From positions 1,178,001-1,242,000 of the forward strand of contig OZ251230.1 of NCBI GenBank assembly GCA_965240325.2: a stretch of DNA of 64,000 nt, read 5' to 3'. Under the pieces are notes generated by a model. The model did not search any database and was not told the origin of the DNA. It saw only the letters and a program-made list of their open reading frames with translations. The DNA comes from Rebecca billardiae RCC1528 (lineage: Eukaryota > Protista > Haptophyta). Positions 50,101 to 61,425 of the stretch are shown here, piece after piece. The translations under genes were made by a program, and so were the position numbers. Each line of letters starts with the position of its first letter. Within the stretch, counting starts at the first letter, position 1.

Positions 50101-53100
50101 CGATGGCGGTGGGATGGGCGGCGGGCTGGGCGGTGGGGGGCTCGGCGGCGGCGACGGTGGCGGCGACGGCGGTGGGCTCGGCGGGGGACTTGGAGGCGGC
50201 GGGCTTGGCGGAGGCGCCGGTGGCGGTGAGGGCGGCGGGCTCGGCGGTGGGCTGGGCGGTGGGGGGCTCGGTGGCGGCGACGGTGGCGGCGACGGCGGCG
50301 GGCTCGGCGGTGGGCTCGGCGGCGGCGGGCTCGGCGGAGGCGACGGTGGCGGTGTTGGCGGCGGGCTCGGCGGCGGGCTCGGTGGCGGCGGGCTTGGCGG
50401 CGGGGTCGGCGGTGGCGATGGCGGCGGGCTCGGCGGTGGCGACGGTGGCGGTGGGCTGGGGGGCGGGCTAGGAGGTGGGCCGGGCGGCGGACTCGGCGGC
50501 GGCGTCGGCGGCGGCGGGCTGGGTGGCGGGCTGGGCGGCGGGCTCGGCGGCGGGCGCGGCGGGGGTGACGGCGGTGGCGCCGGTGGCGGTGAGGGCGGCG
50601 GGCTCGGCGGTGGGCTGGGCGGTGGGGGGCTCGGTGGCGGCGACGGTGGCGGCGACGGTGGCGGGCTCGGCGGTGGGCTCGGCGGCGGCGGGCTCGGCGG
50701 AGGCGACGGTGGCGGTGTTGGCGGCGGGCTCGGCGGCGGGCTCGGTGGCGGCGGACTTGGCGGCGGGGTCGGCGGTGGCGATGGCGGCGGGCTCGGCGGT
50801 GGCGACGGTGGCGGTGGGCTGGGGGGCGGGCTCGGAGGTGGGCCGGGCGGCGGACTCGGCGGCGGCGACGGCGGCGGCGGGCTCGGCGGCGGGCTTGGCG
50901 GCGGGCTCGGCGGCAGGCCTGGCGGCGGGCTCGGCGGCGGGCTCGGCGGCGGGCCCGGCGGCGGGCTCGGCGGCGGGCTCGGCGGCGGGCTCGGCGGCGG
51001 GCTCGGCGGCGGGCCCGGCGGCGGGCTCGGCGGCGGGCTCGGCGGCAGGTTCGGTGGCGGGCTCGGCGGCGGGCTCGGCGGCGGGCTCGGCGGCGGGCCG
51101 GGCGGCGGCGAGCAATCGGGCAGCGGGTCCGGCGTGAGCACGCCCGTGCCGTTGAATGCGCCGGAGTCGCCGCACACGCCTGTCGAAGCCACGTTGAGCG
51201 TGACGAGCGCGGTCAGCAGCTCGAGCTCGGTGGGCAGCGTGCCGAACACGTCCACGTTGCCGTCGAAGCGCAAGTACTGCATCGCCGTGAGCGTGCCGAG
51301 CTCGCTGGGCAGCTCGCCGCTCAGCGCGTTGCTCGGAGTCTCGAGCAAGTACAGCCGCGTGAGCAGACCGAGCTGCGTCGGCAGCGTGCCGCTCAGCGCG
51401 TTGGTCGCTGACTTCCACTCGACCAGCGAAGTGAGCTGGCCGAGCTCGGTCGGCAGCGTGCCCAGCAGCCCTGCGCTCACGAACGCGACGCGCTCGAGCT
51501 TGGCCAGGTTCTCCAGCCCCGTGCTGTTCAGCGGCGCGGCCAGCGTCAGGTACTGCATGCCGATCTGCGTGAGCGCCGTCGCCGCCCCGAGCGAGCTCGG
51601 GATCGCTCCAGTGATCGAGACGCCGGAGATCGCGACGTGTTCGAGCACGGGCTTGTTGGCGAACAGCTCGTGCGGCAGCTGGCCCGTCACGCCGTTCCAG
51701 CTGATCGCCGGCTTCGAGATCGCCGTCCACGCGCCCAGCTCCGTCGGCACGCTGCCGCTCACCTGGTTCGAGGAGCAGTCGAAAGTGACCATGCGCGTGA
51801 GAACGCCGAGCTGCGAGGGCAGCGTGCCGCCGAGCGTGCCGCCGTTGAGCTGGAGGCTCGTCAGCGCCGGCGCCCACGCCGCCAGCTCCGTAGGTACTGT
51901 GCCGGTGAGCAGATTGCCCGCCAGGTCGAGGGTGACGAGCGCGCTCATGTTGGCGAGCACGGACACGTCGAGGCTCGGCCCGGTGAGCTGGTTGGTCCTC
52001 AAATTGAGCGTCGTCAGGTTGGTCAGCCGCGCCAGCTCGGTGGGGATCGGCCCGGTGAGGCTGTTCGCGTCCACGATCAGCTCAGTGAGCACGCTGAAGA
52101 GGCCGAGCTCGGTGGGCAGCGTGCCCGTGAGCGCGCGGCTGCCGAGGCCGAGCGAGGTGCACGTGCTCGGGTCGGCGATGCACGCCTGGAACTCGGGCTG
52201 CGCACGCACCGTCGGCGCGGGCGGCGGGCTCGGGGGCGGCGACGGTGGCGGGCTCGGCGGCGGCGTGGGCGACGCGCACGCGGTCAGCGGGTCCGGGTCG
52301 ATCACGCCTGTGCCGTTCAGCCCCGTCGCTGCCGTGTCGCCGCACACCCCCGTCGACGTCACGACAAAGGAAGTGAGCGCGCCGAGCGCGCCGATCTCGG
52401 AGGGCAGCGTGCCCAGCACGTCCGGGTTCGTATCGATGCTGAAAAGCGCGAGCGCGGCGAGCTGGCCGAGCGTCGTCGGCAGCGTGCCGCTCAGCGAGTT
52501 CGTGTGGAGCTCCAGGCGCGACATCGCGGTCAGCAGCCCAATCTCAGACGGCAGCGTGCCGCGCAGCGAGTTGACTCCGAGCTGGAAGTCGAGCATGCGC
52601 GTGAGACTGCCCAGCGTCGTTGGTAGCGTGCCGTTCAGACTGTTGAGGAAGAGTTGGGTTCTCTCGAGCGCGTTCAGCGCGCCGAGCTCCGTCGGCAGCG
52701 GGCCCGTGAACGCGTTGTCCCCCATTAAGAGAGAGGTCAAGCTGGCCAACCGGCCCAGCTCCGTCGGCAGCGTGGCCGTCAGCGCGTTGCCGCCGAGGTC
52801 CGTATTCAGGACCGCCGCCAGGTCGCCAAACTCGGTGGGCAGCCCGCCGGTCAGTTGCGCATACCTGATGACCATGGTTGTGAGGCTCGTCAGCTGGCCC
52901 AGCTCCCTCGGCAATGACGCCTGAAACGAGTTCGAGTAGAGCTCGAGATTGACCATGCTGGCTGCGAGGCCGATCTCGGTCGGGATCGGCCCCGTCAGCG
53001 AGTTGATTTGCAGCTGAAGGCGCGTGAGGGCGGTCATGTTGCCGAGCTCGGTGGGCATCTGGCCCGTGATCGAGTTGGTGTGCAAATGGAGCAAACGGAG

Positions 53101-56100
53101 CGCGCGCATCGTGCCCACCTCCGTCGGCACCGTGCCGTTGAGCCTGTTCTGGTTCCAGACAAACCAGTCGAGAGCGGTGAGCACGCCGACCTCTGTGGGC
53201 ACGGAGCCCGTGAACGAATTGGCCTCAAAGTTGAAACGATTGTCAGCAGCGGTCAGCTGCCCAATCTCCGTCGGGATCGTGCCGGTGATGGAGTTGGTGC
53301 CGGCGTTGAAGTTGCTCAGCTGCATCAGGTTGCCAAACTCGGTGGGCAGCGAGCCCGTCAGCCCGGCCTGGTAGGTGCGCACTTCAGTGAGGCTGGTCAT
53401 GAGGCCGATCTGTGTCGGCAGCGGCGCGCCGAACGCGTTGTTGTTTGCCAAGAATGACTGCAAGCTCGTCAGACCGCCAATCTCTGTGGGCCACTGGCCA
53501 GTGAGGCTGTTCGCGTCCACAATCAGCTCGGTGAGCGCGCTGAAGAGGCCGAGCTCGGTCGGCAGCGTGCCCGTGAGACCGCGGCTGCTGAGGTCGAGCG
53601 AGGTGCACGTGCTCGGGTCGGCCTCGCACGCCTGGAACTCGGGCTGCGCGCGCACCGTCGGCGCGGGCGGTGGGCTCGGTGGCGGGCCGGGTGGCGGCGG
53701 CGTGGGCGACGCGCACGCGGTCAGCGGGTCCGGGTCGATCACGCCTGTGCCGTTCAGCCCGGTCGCCGCCGTGTCGCCGCACATCCCCGTCGACGTCACG
53801 ACAAAGGAAGTGAGCGCGCCGAGCGCGCCGATCTCGGAGGGCAGCGTGCCCAGCACGTCCGGGTTGGTGCCGATGTTGAAAAGCGCGAGCGCTGCGAGCT
53901 GGCCGAGTGCCGTTGGCAGCGTGCCGCTCAGCGAGTTCGTGTCTAGCTCCAGACGCGATATCGCTGTGAGCAGCCCAATCTCCGACGGCAGCGTGCCGCG
54001 TAGCGAGTTGGATCCGAGCTGGATGTTGCTCGTGCGCGTGAGACTGCCCAGCGTCGTCGGCAGCGTGCCGTTCAGACTGTTGAGGAAGAGTTGGATGTGA
54101 TCGAGCGCGTTCAGCGCGCCGAGCTCCGTCGGCAGCGGGCCCGTGAACGCGTTGATCGCTGCAGCAAGCTTGGTCAGGCTGGCCAGCCGGCCCAGCTCCG
54201 TCGGCAGCGTGGCCGCCAGCGCGTTGTTGCCAAGGTCCATGTTCGTGAGCGCTGCCAGGTCGCCGAACTCGGTGGGCAGCCCGCCGGTCAGTGGCCCAGC
54301 ATAGATGATCATGCTTGCGAGGCTCGCCAGCTGGCCCAGCTCCCTCGGCAGTGACGCCTGAAACGAGTTCGAGTAGAGCTCGAGATTGACCATGCTGGCT
54401 GCGAGGCCGAGCTCGGTCGGGATTGGCCCCGTCAGCGAGTTGGCTTGCAGCTGTAGGGTTGTGAGGGCGGTCATGTTGCCGAGCTCGGTGGGCATCTGGC
54501 CCGTGATCGAGTTGGTGTGCAAATGGAGCCAACTGAGCGCGCGCATCGTGCCCACCTCCGTCGGCACCGTGCCGTTGAGCCTGTTCCCGCTCCAGCCAAA
54601 TCGGTCGAGGGCCGTGAGCCCGCCGACCTCTGTGGGCACGGAGCCCGTGAACGAATTGACCTCGAAGACAAGAAGCACGTCCGCAGCGGTCAGCTGCCCA
54701 ATCTCCGTCGGGATCGTGCCCGTGAACGAGTTGCCGCCGGCCGAGAACTCACCCAACTGCGTCATGTTGCCAAACTCGGTGGGCAGCGAGCCCGTCAGCC
54801 CGGCCTGAAAGGTGCGCACTTCGGTGAGGCTGGTCATGAGGCCGATCTCTGTCGGCAGCGGCGCGCCGATCACGTAGTTGTTGTACAGCCAGAAGGACTG
54901 CAAGCTCGTCAGACCGCCGATCTCTGTCGGCAGCGGCGCGTCGAACGCGTTGTTGTTTAACAAGAGGGACTGCAAGCTCGTCAGACCGCCAATCTCTGTG
55001 GGCCACTGGCCCGTGAGGCCGTTCAGGTGGGCGTGGATAACAGTGAGCGCGCTGAAGAGGCCGAGCTCGGTCGGCAGCGTGCCCGTGAGAGCGCGGTTGG
55101 CCACGCCGAGAGCCGTGCACGTGCTCGGGTCGGCCTCGCACGCCTGGAACTCGGGCTGCGCGCGCACCGTCGGCGCGGGCGGCGGGCTCGGCGGCGGCGA
55201 CGGCGGCGGGCTCGGCGGCGGGGCGGGCGGGCTCGGCGGGTAGTAGCCCGACAGCTTGAGCACCCACGCCGCGCCTTGGGCATCCTTGGGCGCGCCCACG
55301 ATGATCGACGGATTGCCGCCCCCGTCCAGGTCGCCGAGCAGGGCCACCTTCCTGCCGAACTCGTCGTCGTGCGCGAGCGGCCCAGTGAAGCCGCCCGCGT
55401 CCGCGCTGATCTCGTCCACGTGCTTGGCGCTGCCGTCAGCGTTCAGGTAGACCACAAACGCGGCGCCGGTCTTGCCGGCGGTGCGGACAACGCCCGTCGC
55501 GCCGACCAGAGCATCAGGCACGCCGTCGCCGTCCAGGTCGCCCGCGCCGCCCACCGCGACTCCAAACACCCACGACGCGCTCGCCGTGAGCGGCATGGCG
55601 CTCCCGTCAGGCACGAGCTTCCGCTCCGCTTTCACCGTGCCATTCGCGTGCAGGAAGAGCACGTACAAGGCGCCTGCGTTCGTGGCGGCGGTGTCGTCGC
55701 CGGGCGCGCCGACCAGCACGTCGACGACGCCGTCACCGTCAACGTCGCCCAGTGTCGCCACGCCGCCCCCAAAGAAGTCATCGGCAGCCAAGCTCGCGCT
55801 CAGCCCGCCCGTGCCCGAGGCGATCTTCTGCTCCGCCTTCACCGTGCCATCCGCGTTGAGCAGGAGCACGTACACCGCGCCGCCGCCGCTCACGCCCGTG
55901 TCGTCACTCGTCGCGCCCGCGATCGCGTCCGGCACGCCGTCACCGTCCAGATCGCCGAGCCCCGACAGGCTCTCCCCGAACAAGTCGCCCGCGTCGAGCG
56001 TCGACGTGAATCCGCCCACGCCCTGCGCGAGCTTCTGGTACTCGCGCACGGTGCCGTTGCGATGCATGAACAGCACGAAGAGCGCGCCCTTGTTCGCGCT

Positions 56101-59100
56101 GTCCAGCGAGTTCACCATCAGCTCGGTCACGTTGTCGCCGTCGAGGTCACCGAGCCGGTCCGCGCCAAAGCCGAACTGATCCAGGTTGCTCAGCGCGTTG
56201 GTGAAGCCGCCGATCCCGTTCGCGATCTTCTGCTGTGCCCGCACAGTCCCGTCCGAGTTGAGGAAGAGCACGTACGCCGCGCCCTGCCTGTCGAACACGT
56301 CGTGCACCGCGCCGGACAGCGCGTCCGGGATGCCGTCGCCATCCAGGTCGCCGATGCCCGCGACCCAGCCCCACCACGCGACGCTGGGCACGACCACGCC
56401 ATTCGTGCCGTTCGCGAGCTTCACCTCGGACAGGACCACGCTGGGCGGCGGGGAGGGCGGGCTCGGTGGCGGCGCCGGCGGCGGGCTCGGCGGCGGCGCG
56501 GGCGGCGGGCTCGGCGGCGGCGTGGGCGACGCGCACAGCGGCAGCGGGTCAGGCTGCACCACGCCCGTCCCGTTCCACGCGGCCGAGAAGCCACACACGC
56601 CAGTGGCCTCCACGTTGAAGCTCGTGAGCGCGGTCAGCAGGTCAATCTCGGTCGGCAGCGCGCCGGTGACGGGCGTGTTGTTCGTGGCCAAGAACTCCAC
56701 GAGCCTGGTCAGCAGGCCGAGCTCGCTGGGCAGCCTGCCGCTCAGCGAGTTGGACTGCAGCCCCACCGCCGTCAGCGCGGTCAGGAGTCCGAGCTGGCTC
56801 GGCACGGGGCCGCTGAGCGAATTGGCGGCGACGTCGAGGTGAGCGAGCGAAGTGAGCAGGCCAAGCACGGTGGGGAGCGTGCCCGTGAGCGAGAGCGCCG
56901 CGAGATCGAGGGTGTGCAGCGCGGTGAGCGCGCCGAGCGAGAAGTTGAGCGCGCCGCCGAGGCTCATCGTGTTGACCGAGAGCTTGGTGAGCGCCGTCGT
57001 TCCGCCGAGCGCCACGGGCAACCCGCCGGTGAACTGCGCGCTCGCGACGACCACCTCTGCGAGCGACGGCTTGGAGGCGAAGAGCTCGGCCGGCAAAGCG
57101 CCGCTCAGCGAGGGCGAGCTGAGCGTGAGCGTGGAGAGCCCCACCGCTCGGCCGATCTCTGTCGGCACCGTCCCCGCGAGCGAGGTCCCCGCCACGAACA
57201 GCCTCCCCAGGCTGCTGAGCTCACCAAGCTCAGTCGGCAGCGTGCCACTGAGCGTGCTCCCGCCGTCGCCAAAGGCCAGGTCTTCCAGCGCCGGCATCCA
57301 CAGAGCGAGCTCTGACGGCACCGTGCCGCTCAGCGGGTTGGCCGTCAGGAAGAGCGTCGTGAGTGAGCCGAGCGCGCCAAACGTGGCGTTGTCAAACGTC
57401 GGGCCGGTGAGCAGGTTCGAGTTCGCCGAGAGCTTCGTCAGGTTGACCAGCCGGCCGAGCTCCGTCGGCAGTGGGCCGGTGATTGAGTTGGACGCCACGA
57501 TCAGCTCGGTGAGCGCGCTGAAGAGGCCGAGCTCGGTCGGCAGCGTGCCCGTGAGCGCACGGCTGCTGAGGCTGAGCGAGGTGCACGTGCTCGGGTCGGC
57601 CTCGCACGCCTGGAACTCGGGCTGCGCGCGCACCGTCGGCGCGGGCGGCGGGCTCGGCGGCGGACCGGGTGGCGGCGGCGTGGGCGACGCGCACGCGGTC
57701 AGCGGGTCCGGGTCGATCACGCCAGTGCCGTTCAGCCCCGTCTCCGCCGTGTCGCCGCACACCCCCGTCGACGTCACGACAAAGGAAGTGAGCGCGCCAA
57801 GCGCGCCGATCTCGGAGGGCAGCGTGCCCAGCACGTCCTGGTTCGTGCCGATGTTGAAGAGCACGAGCGCGGCGAGCTGGCCGAGCGCCGTCGGCAGCGT
57901 GCCGCTCAGCGAGTTCGTGTCTAGCTCCAGACGCGTCATCGCTGTGAGCAGCCCAATCTCCGATGGCAGCATGCCGCGCAGCGAGTTGTATCCGAGCTGG
58001 ATGTCAAGCATGCGCGTGAGACTGCCCAGCGTCGTCGGCAGCGTGCCGTTCAGACTGTTGAGGAAGAGCCGGAACTGATCGAGCGCGTTCAGTGCGCCGA
58101 GCTCCGTCGGCAAGCCGCCAGAGAGCGCGTTCTGGTAGAGCTCGAGATTGACCATGCTGGCTGCGAGGCCGAGCTCGGTCGGGATCGGCCCCGTCAGCGA
58201 GTTGATTTGCAGCTGAAGGTGCGTGAGGGCGGTCATGTTGCCGAGCTCGGTGGGCATCTGGCCCGTGATCGAGTTGGTGTGCAAATGGAGCCAACTGAGC
58301 GCGCGCATCGTGCCCACCTCCGTCGGCACCGTGCCGTTGAGCCTGTTCTGGTTCCAGCCAAACCGGTCGAGGGCCGTGAGCCCGCCGACCTCTGTGGGCA
58401 CTGAGCCCGTGAACGAATTGGCGTCGAAGACGAGAAGCACGTCAGCAGCGGTCAGCTGCCCAACCTCCGTCGGGATCGTGCCCGTGAACGAGTTGCCGCC
58501 GGCCGAGAACTCACCCAACTGCGTCATGTTGCCAAACTCGGTGGGCAGCGAGCCCGTCAGCCCGGCCTGAAAGGTGCGCACTTCGGTGAGGCTGGTCATG
58601 AGGCCGATCTCTGTCGGCAGCGGCGCGCCGATCACATAGTTGTTGTACAGCCAGAAGGACTGCAAGCTCGTCAGACCGCCGATCTCTGTCGGCAGCGGCG
58701 CGTCGAACGCGTTGTTGTTTAACAAGAGGGACTGCAAGCTCGTCAGACCGCCAATCTCTGTGGGCCACTGGCCCGTGAGGCCGTTCAGGTGGGCGTGGAT
58801 AACAGTGAGCGCGCTGAAGAGGCCGAGCTCGGTCGGCAGCGTGCCCGTGAGAGCGCGGTTGGCCACGCCGAGAGCCGTGCACGTGCTCGGGTCGGCCTCG
58901 CACGCCTGGAACTCGGGCTGCGCGCGCACCGTCGGCGCGGGCGGCGGGCTCGGCGGCGGCGACGGCGGCGCGCTCGGCGGCGGGCTCGGCGGCGGGCTCG
59001 GCGGCGGGCTCGGCGGCGGGCTTGGCGGCGGGCTCGGCGGCGGGCTCGGCGGCGGGCTCGGCGGCGGTGGGGAGGGCGGTGGCGACGGCGGCAGCAACGG

Positions 59101-61425
59101 TGGTGGGCTCGGCGGCGGGGCGGGTGGCGGCGGGCTGGGCGGTGGGCTGGGCGGCGGGCTGGGCGGCGGGCTGGGCGGCGGGCCTGGCGGCGGGCTCGGC
59201 GGCGGGCTCGGCGGCGGGCTTGGTGGCTGGCTGGGCGGGGGGCTCGGAGGCGGCCTGGGTGGCGGGCTCGGCGGCGGGCTCGGCGGCGGCAAGGGCGGTG
59301 GTGATGGTGGCGGCACCGGCGGTGGGTTCGGTGGTGGGTTCGGCGGCGGCGGGCTCGGCGGCGGGGATGGCGGAGGCAATGGTGGCGGGCTTGGCGGCGG
59401 GCTCGGCGGCGGCGGGCTCGGCGGCGGGCTCGGCGGTGGGCTCGGCGGTGGGCTTGGCGGCGGTGTCGGCGGGGGAGTAGGAGGCGGGGTTGGTGGGCTG
59501 GCGGGCGGCGGGGATGGGGGTGGACTCGGAGGTAGCCGAGGTGGCGGGCTCGGCGGCGGGCTCGGCGGCGGGCTCGGCGGCGGGCTCGGCGGCGGGCTTG
59601 GCGGCGGGCTCGGCGGCGGGCTCGGCGGCGGGCTCGGCGGCGGTGGGGAGGGCGGTGGCGACGGCGGCAGCAACGGTGGTGGGCTCGGCGGCGGGGCGGG
59701 TGGCGGCGGGCTGGGCGGTGGGCTGGGCGGCGGGCTGGGCGGCGGGCTGGGCGGCGGGCCTGGCGGCGGGCTCGGCGGCGGGCTCGGCGGCGGGCTTGGT
59801 GGCTGGCTGGGCGGGGGGCTTGGAGGCGGCCTGGGTGGCGGGCTCGGCGGCGGGCTCGGCGGCGGCAAGGGCGGTGGTGATGGTGGCGGCACCGGCGGTG
59901 GGTTCGGTGGTGGGTTCGGCGGCGGCGGGCTCGGCGGCGGGGATGGCGGAGGCAATGGTGGCGGGCTTGGCGGCGGGCTCGGCGGCGGCGGGCTCGGCGG
60001 CGGGCTCGGCGGTGGGCTCGGCGGTGGGCTTGGCGGCGGTGTCGGCGGGGGCGTAGGAGGCGGGGTTGGTGGGCTGGCGGGCGGCGGGGATGGGGGCGGA
60101 CTCGGAGGTAGCCGAGGTGGCGGGCTCGGCGGCGGGCTCGGCGGCGGGAGTGGCGGGCTGCTGGGCGCAAAAGAGGCTGCCGATGGGTCGATCGTGAAGA
60201 GGTGAACGACGCGGCCCGGGTTGGCCTCCAACGCCACACCCGTGACCAGCACGTCCAGCCGTGTGCTGTTGAGGCTGCTGTTCGTCTGCTCGCGCACATC
60301 GATGTGGTAGCCAAACCGCGCGAAATTGACCAGGGCCGTCGTCGCTTCCTCAAGACCGCCGCCCGTGGCGCCAATGACGTCGTAGCCAGCCACTGTGCCG
60401 TTGGCGCCCATGTAGCACACGTACACGATGCCGTCATCCGTGCCGCCGTCGTCGGCCAAGAACGCGCCAATCAGCAGGTCGGGCTGACCGTCCGCGTTGA
60501 GGTCATGTGCCTTGCCGTTCGTGTTGCCAGCATGGCCGAAGTTGTCCGACAAGGCGATCGGCAGCTCCGTGCCGCCCGGGTCGACGCGCACCTCGCTCTT
60601 CACCGTGCCGTCCGCATTGAGCAGCAGTAGGAAGGCAGTGCCACCGGACACGGCGTAGAAGCCGTCTAAGGCCGCCGAGACGAGCGCGTCGGGCACGCCA
60701 TCGCCATCATAGTCGCCGATGCCACCGCACGAGCCACCAAAGTTGCCGGCCGTGTCGGAAAGCACCGACGTGTACTCGACCTCGGCCTTGACGGTGCCGT
60801 CAGTGTTGAGCATGAGGACGAAGATCGTCGTGGTCAACGTGCCCACCACGATGTCGGGCACGCCGTCAGCGTCCACGTCGCCGAGCACGCCGATGCCGTG
60901 CCCAAAGTTCATCGATATGGTGCTGAACGTGGCCTTCCCGTTCGTGTTGGAGGCGATCTTGGTGTTGGAGACGACGGCGCCGGCGGTGCTCAGAAAGACG
61001 ACGTGCACGCTGTCGTCCAGGTCGTCCCCGACGATGAGCTCGGGCAAGCCATCGCCGTCGATGTCGACGCCGCGGGGCTCCTGCCCAAATTGGCCGACGA
61101 CACTCGGTGCCGTGGTCCACGTGCCTCCGGTCGGCCCGGCACCGAGCGATGCCTGACTCATGACGGCGCGCTGCTCGTTGAGGAACGTGATGTCGCACAG
61201 CCTCGACGTCCGCTGGCAGATCACGATCTCGTCCACGCCGTTGCCGTCCAGATCACCCAAGAAGGACGCGGCATTCCCATCGCCCTGCGGGAACGTAAAC
61301 GTGGTGCCGGAGCTGACCAAGTTGAGCGACATGACGGCGCGCGGCCCGAGTAGGAGAAGCGCACATGAGAGCGCAAACGCCATGGTCAACGGCGTCGCGC
61401 GCCGCGCTGCCGGCACGCGCTGCAT
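29123..61425 (-). CDS. Giant polycystin-1 (PKD1/REJ)-like GPS adhesion receptor, ~10,676 aa; exons 61425-29788, 29660-29421, 29275-29123
   Basis: Order of domains: signal peptide (MAFALSCALLLLGPRAVMS), FG-GAP propellers, LRRs, (SPPP)n, IPT x5, REJ (NRPPYGGDLTVSP..ETKF..WTDDPED), GPS (CFYWD..WSQDGC..CSCTHLTDFG), five TM helices, IQ, EF-hand pair. Two phase-0 GT-AG introns (29787-29661, 29420-29276) join PKD1-like TM4/TM5 exons. An alternative ATG lies at 61383. Confidence 0.85.
36765..41640 (-). repeat. 17 tandem ~95-aa Cys-containing beta-rich protein repeats (unrecognised family)
   Basis: The consensus AVVGVxExVxFxGVGxxxGDxAyWV..C..yGG..atFtF..LxLCYxFxxePFxxY was counted 17 times. Confidence 0.85.
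42290..51110 (-). repeat. Coding Ser-Pro3/Pro4 extensin-like (HRGP) array, ~2,900 aa; 63-bp unit, 363-bp higher-order repeat
   Basis: The peptide unit is SPPPP(SPPP)4. A marker CTCGGGGGCGG recurs at 46649, 47012, 47375, 47738, 48101 and 48464. Confidence 0.95.
58980..60140 (-). repeat. Near-exact 576-bp (192-aa) tandem duplication in the N-proximal SP-rich linker
   Basis: Markers GCAGCAACGG at 59091/59667 and GGTAGCCGAG at 59531/60107 are each 576 bp apart. Confidence 0.9.

Noticed and set aside
42422-52924. 3,500-aa Gly-rich + strand ORF (also 58640-60205 and the Ala/Gly/Trp-rich frames)
   Set aside because: Antisense shadow of the (SPPP)n and LRR coding strand. CCN codons read as GGN-rich and stop-free on the opposite strand.
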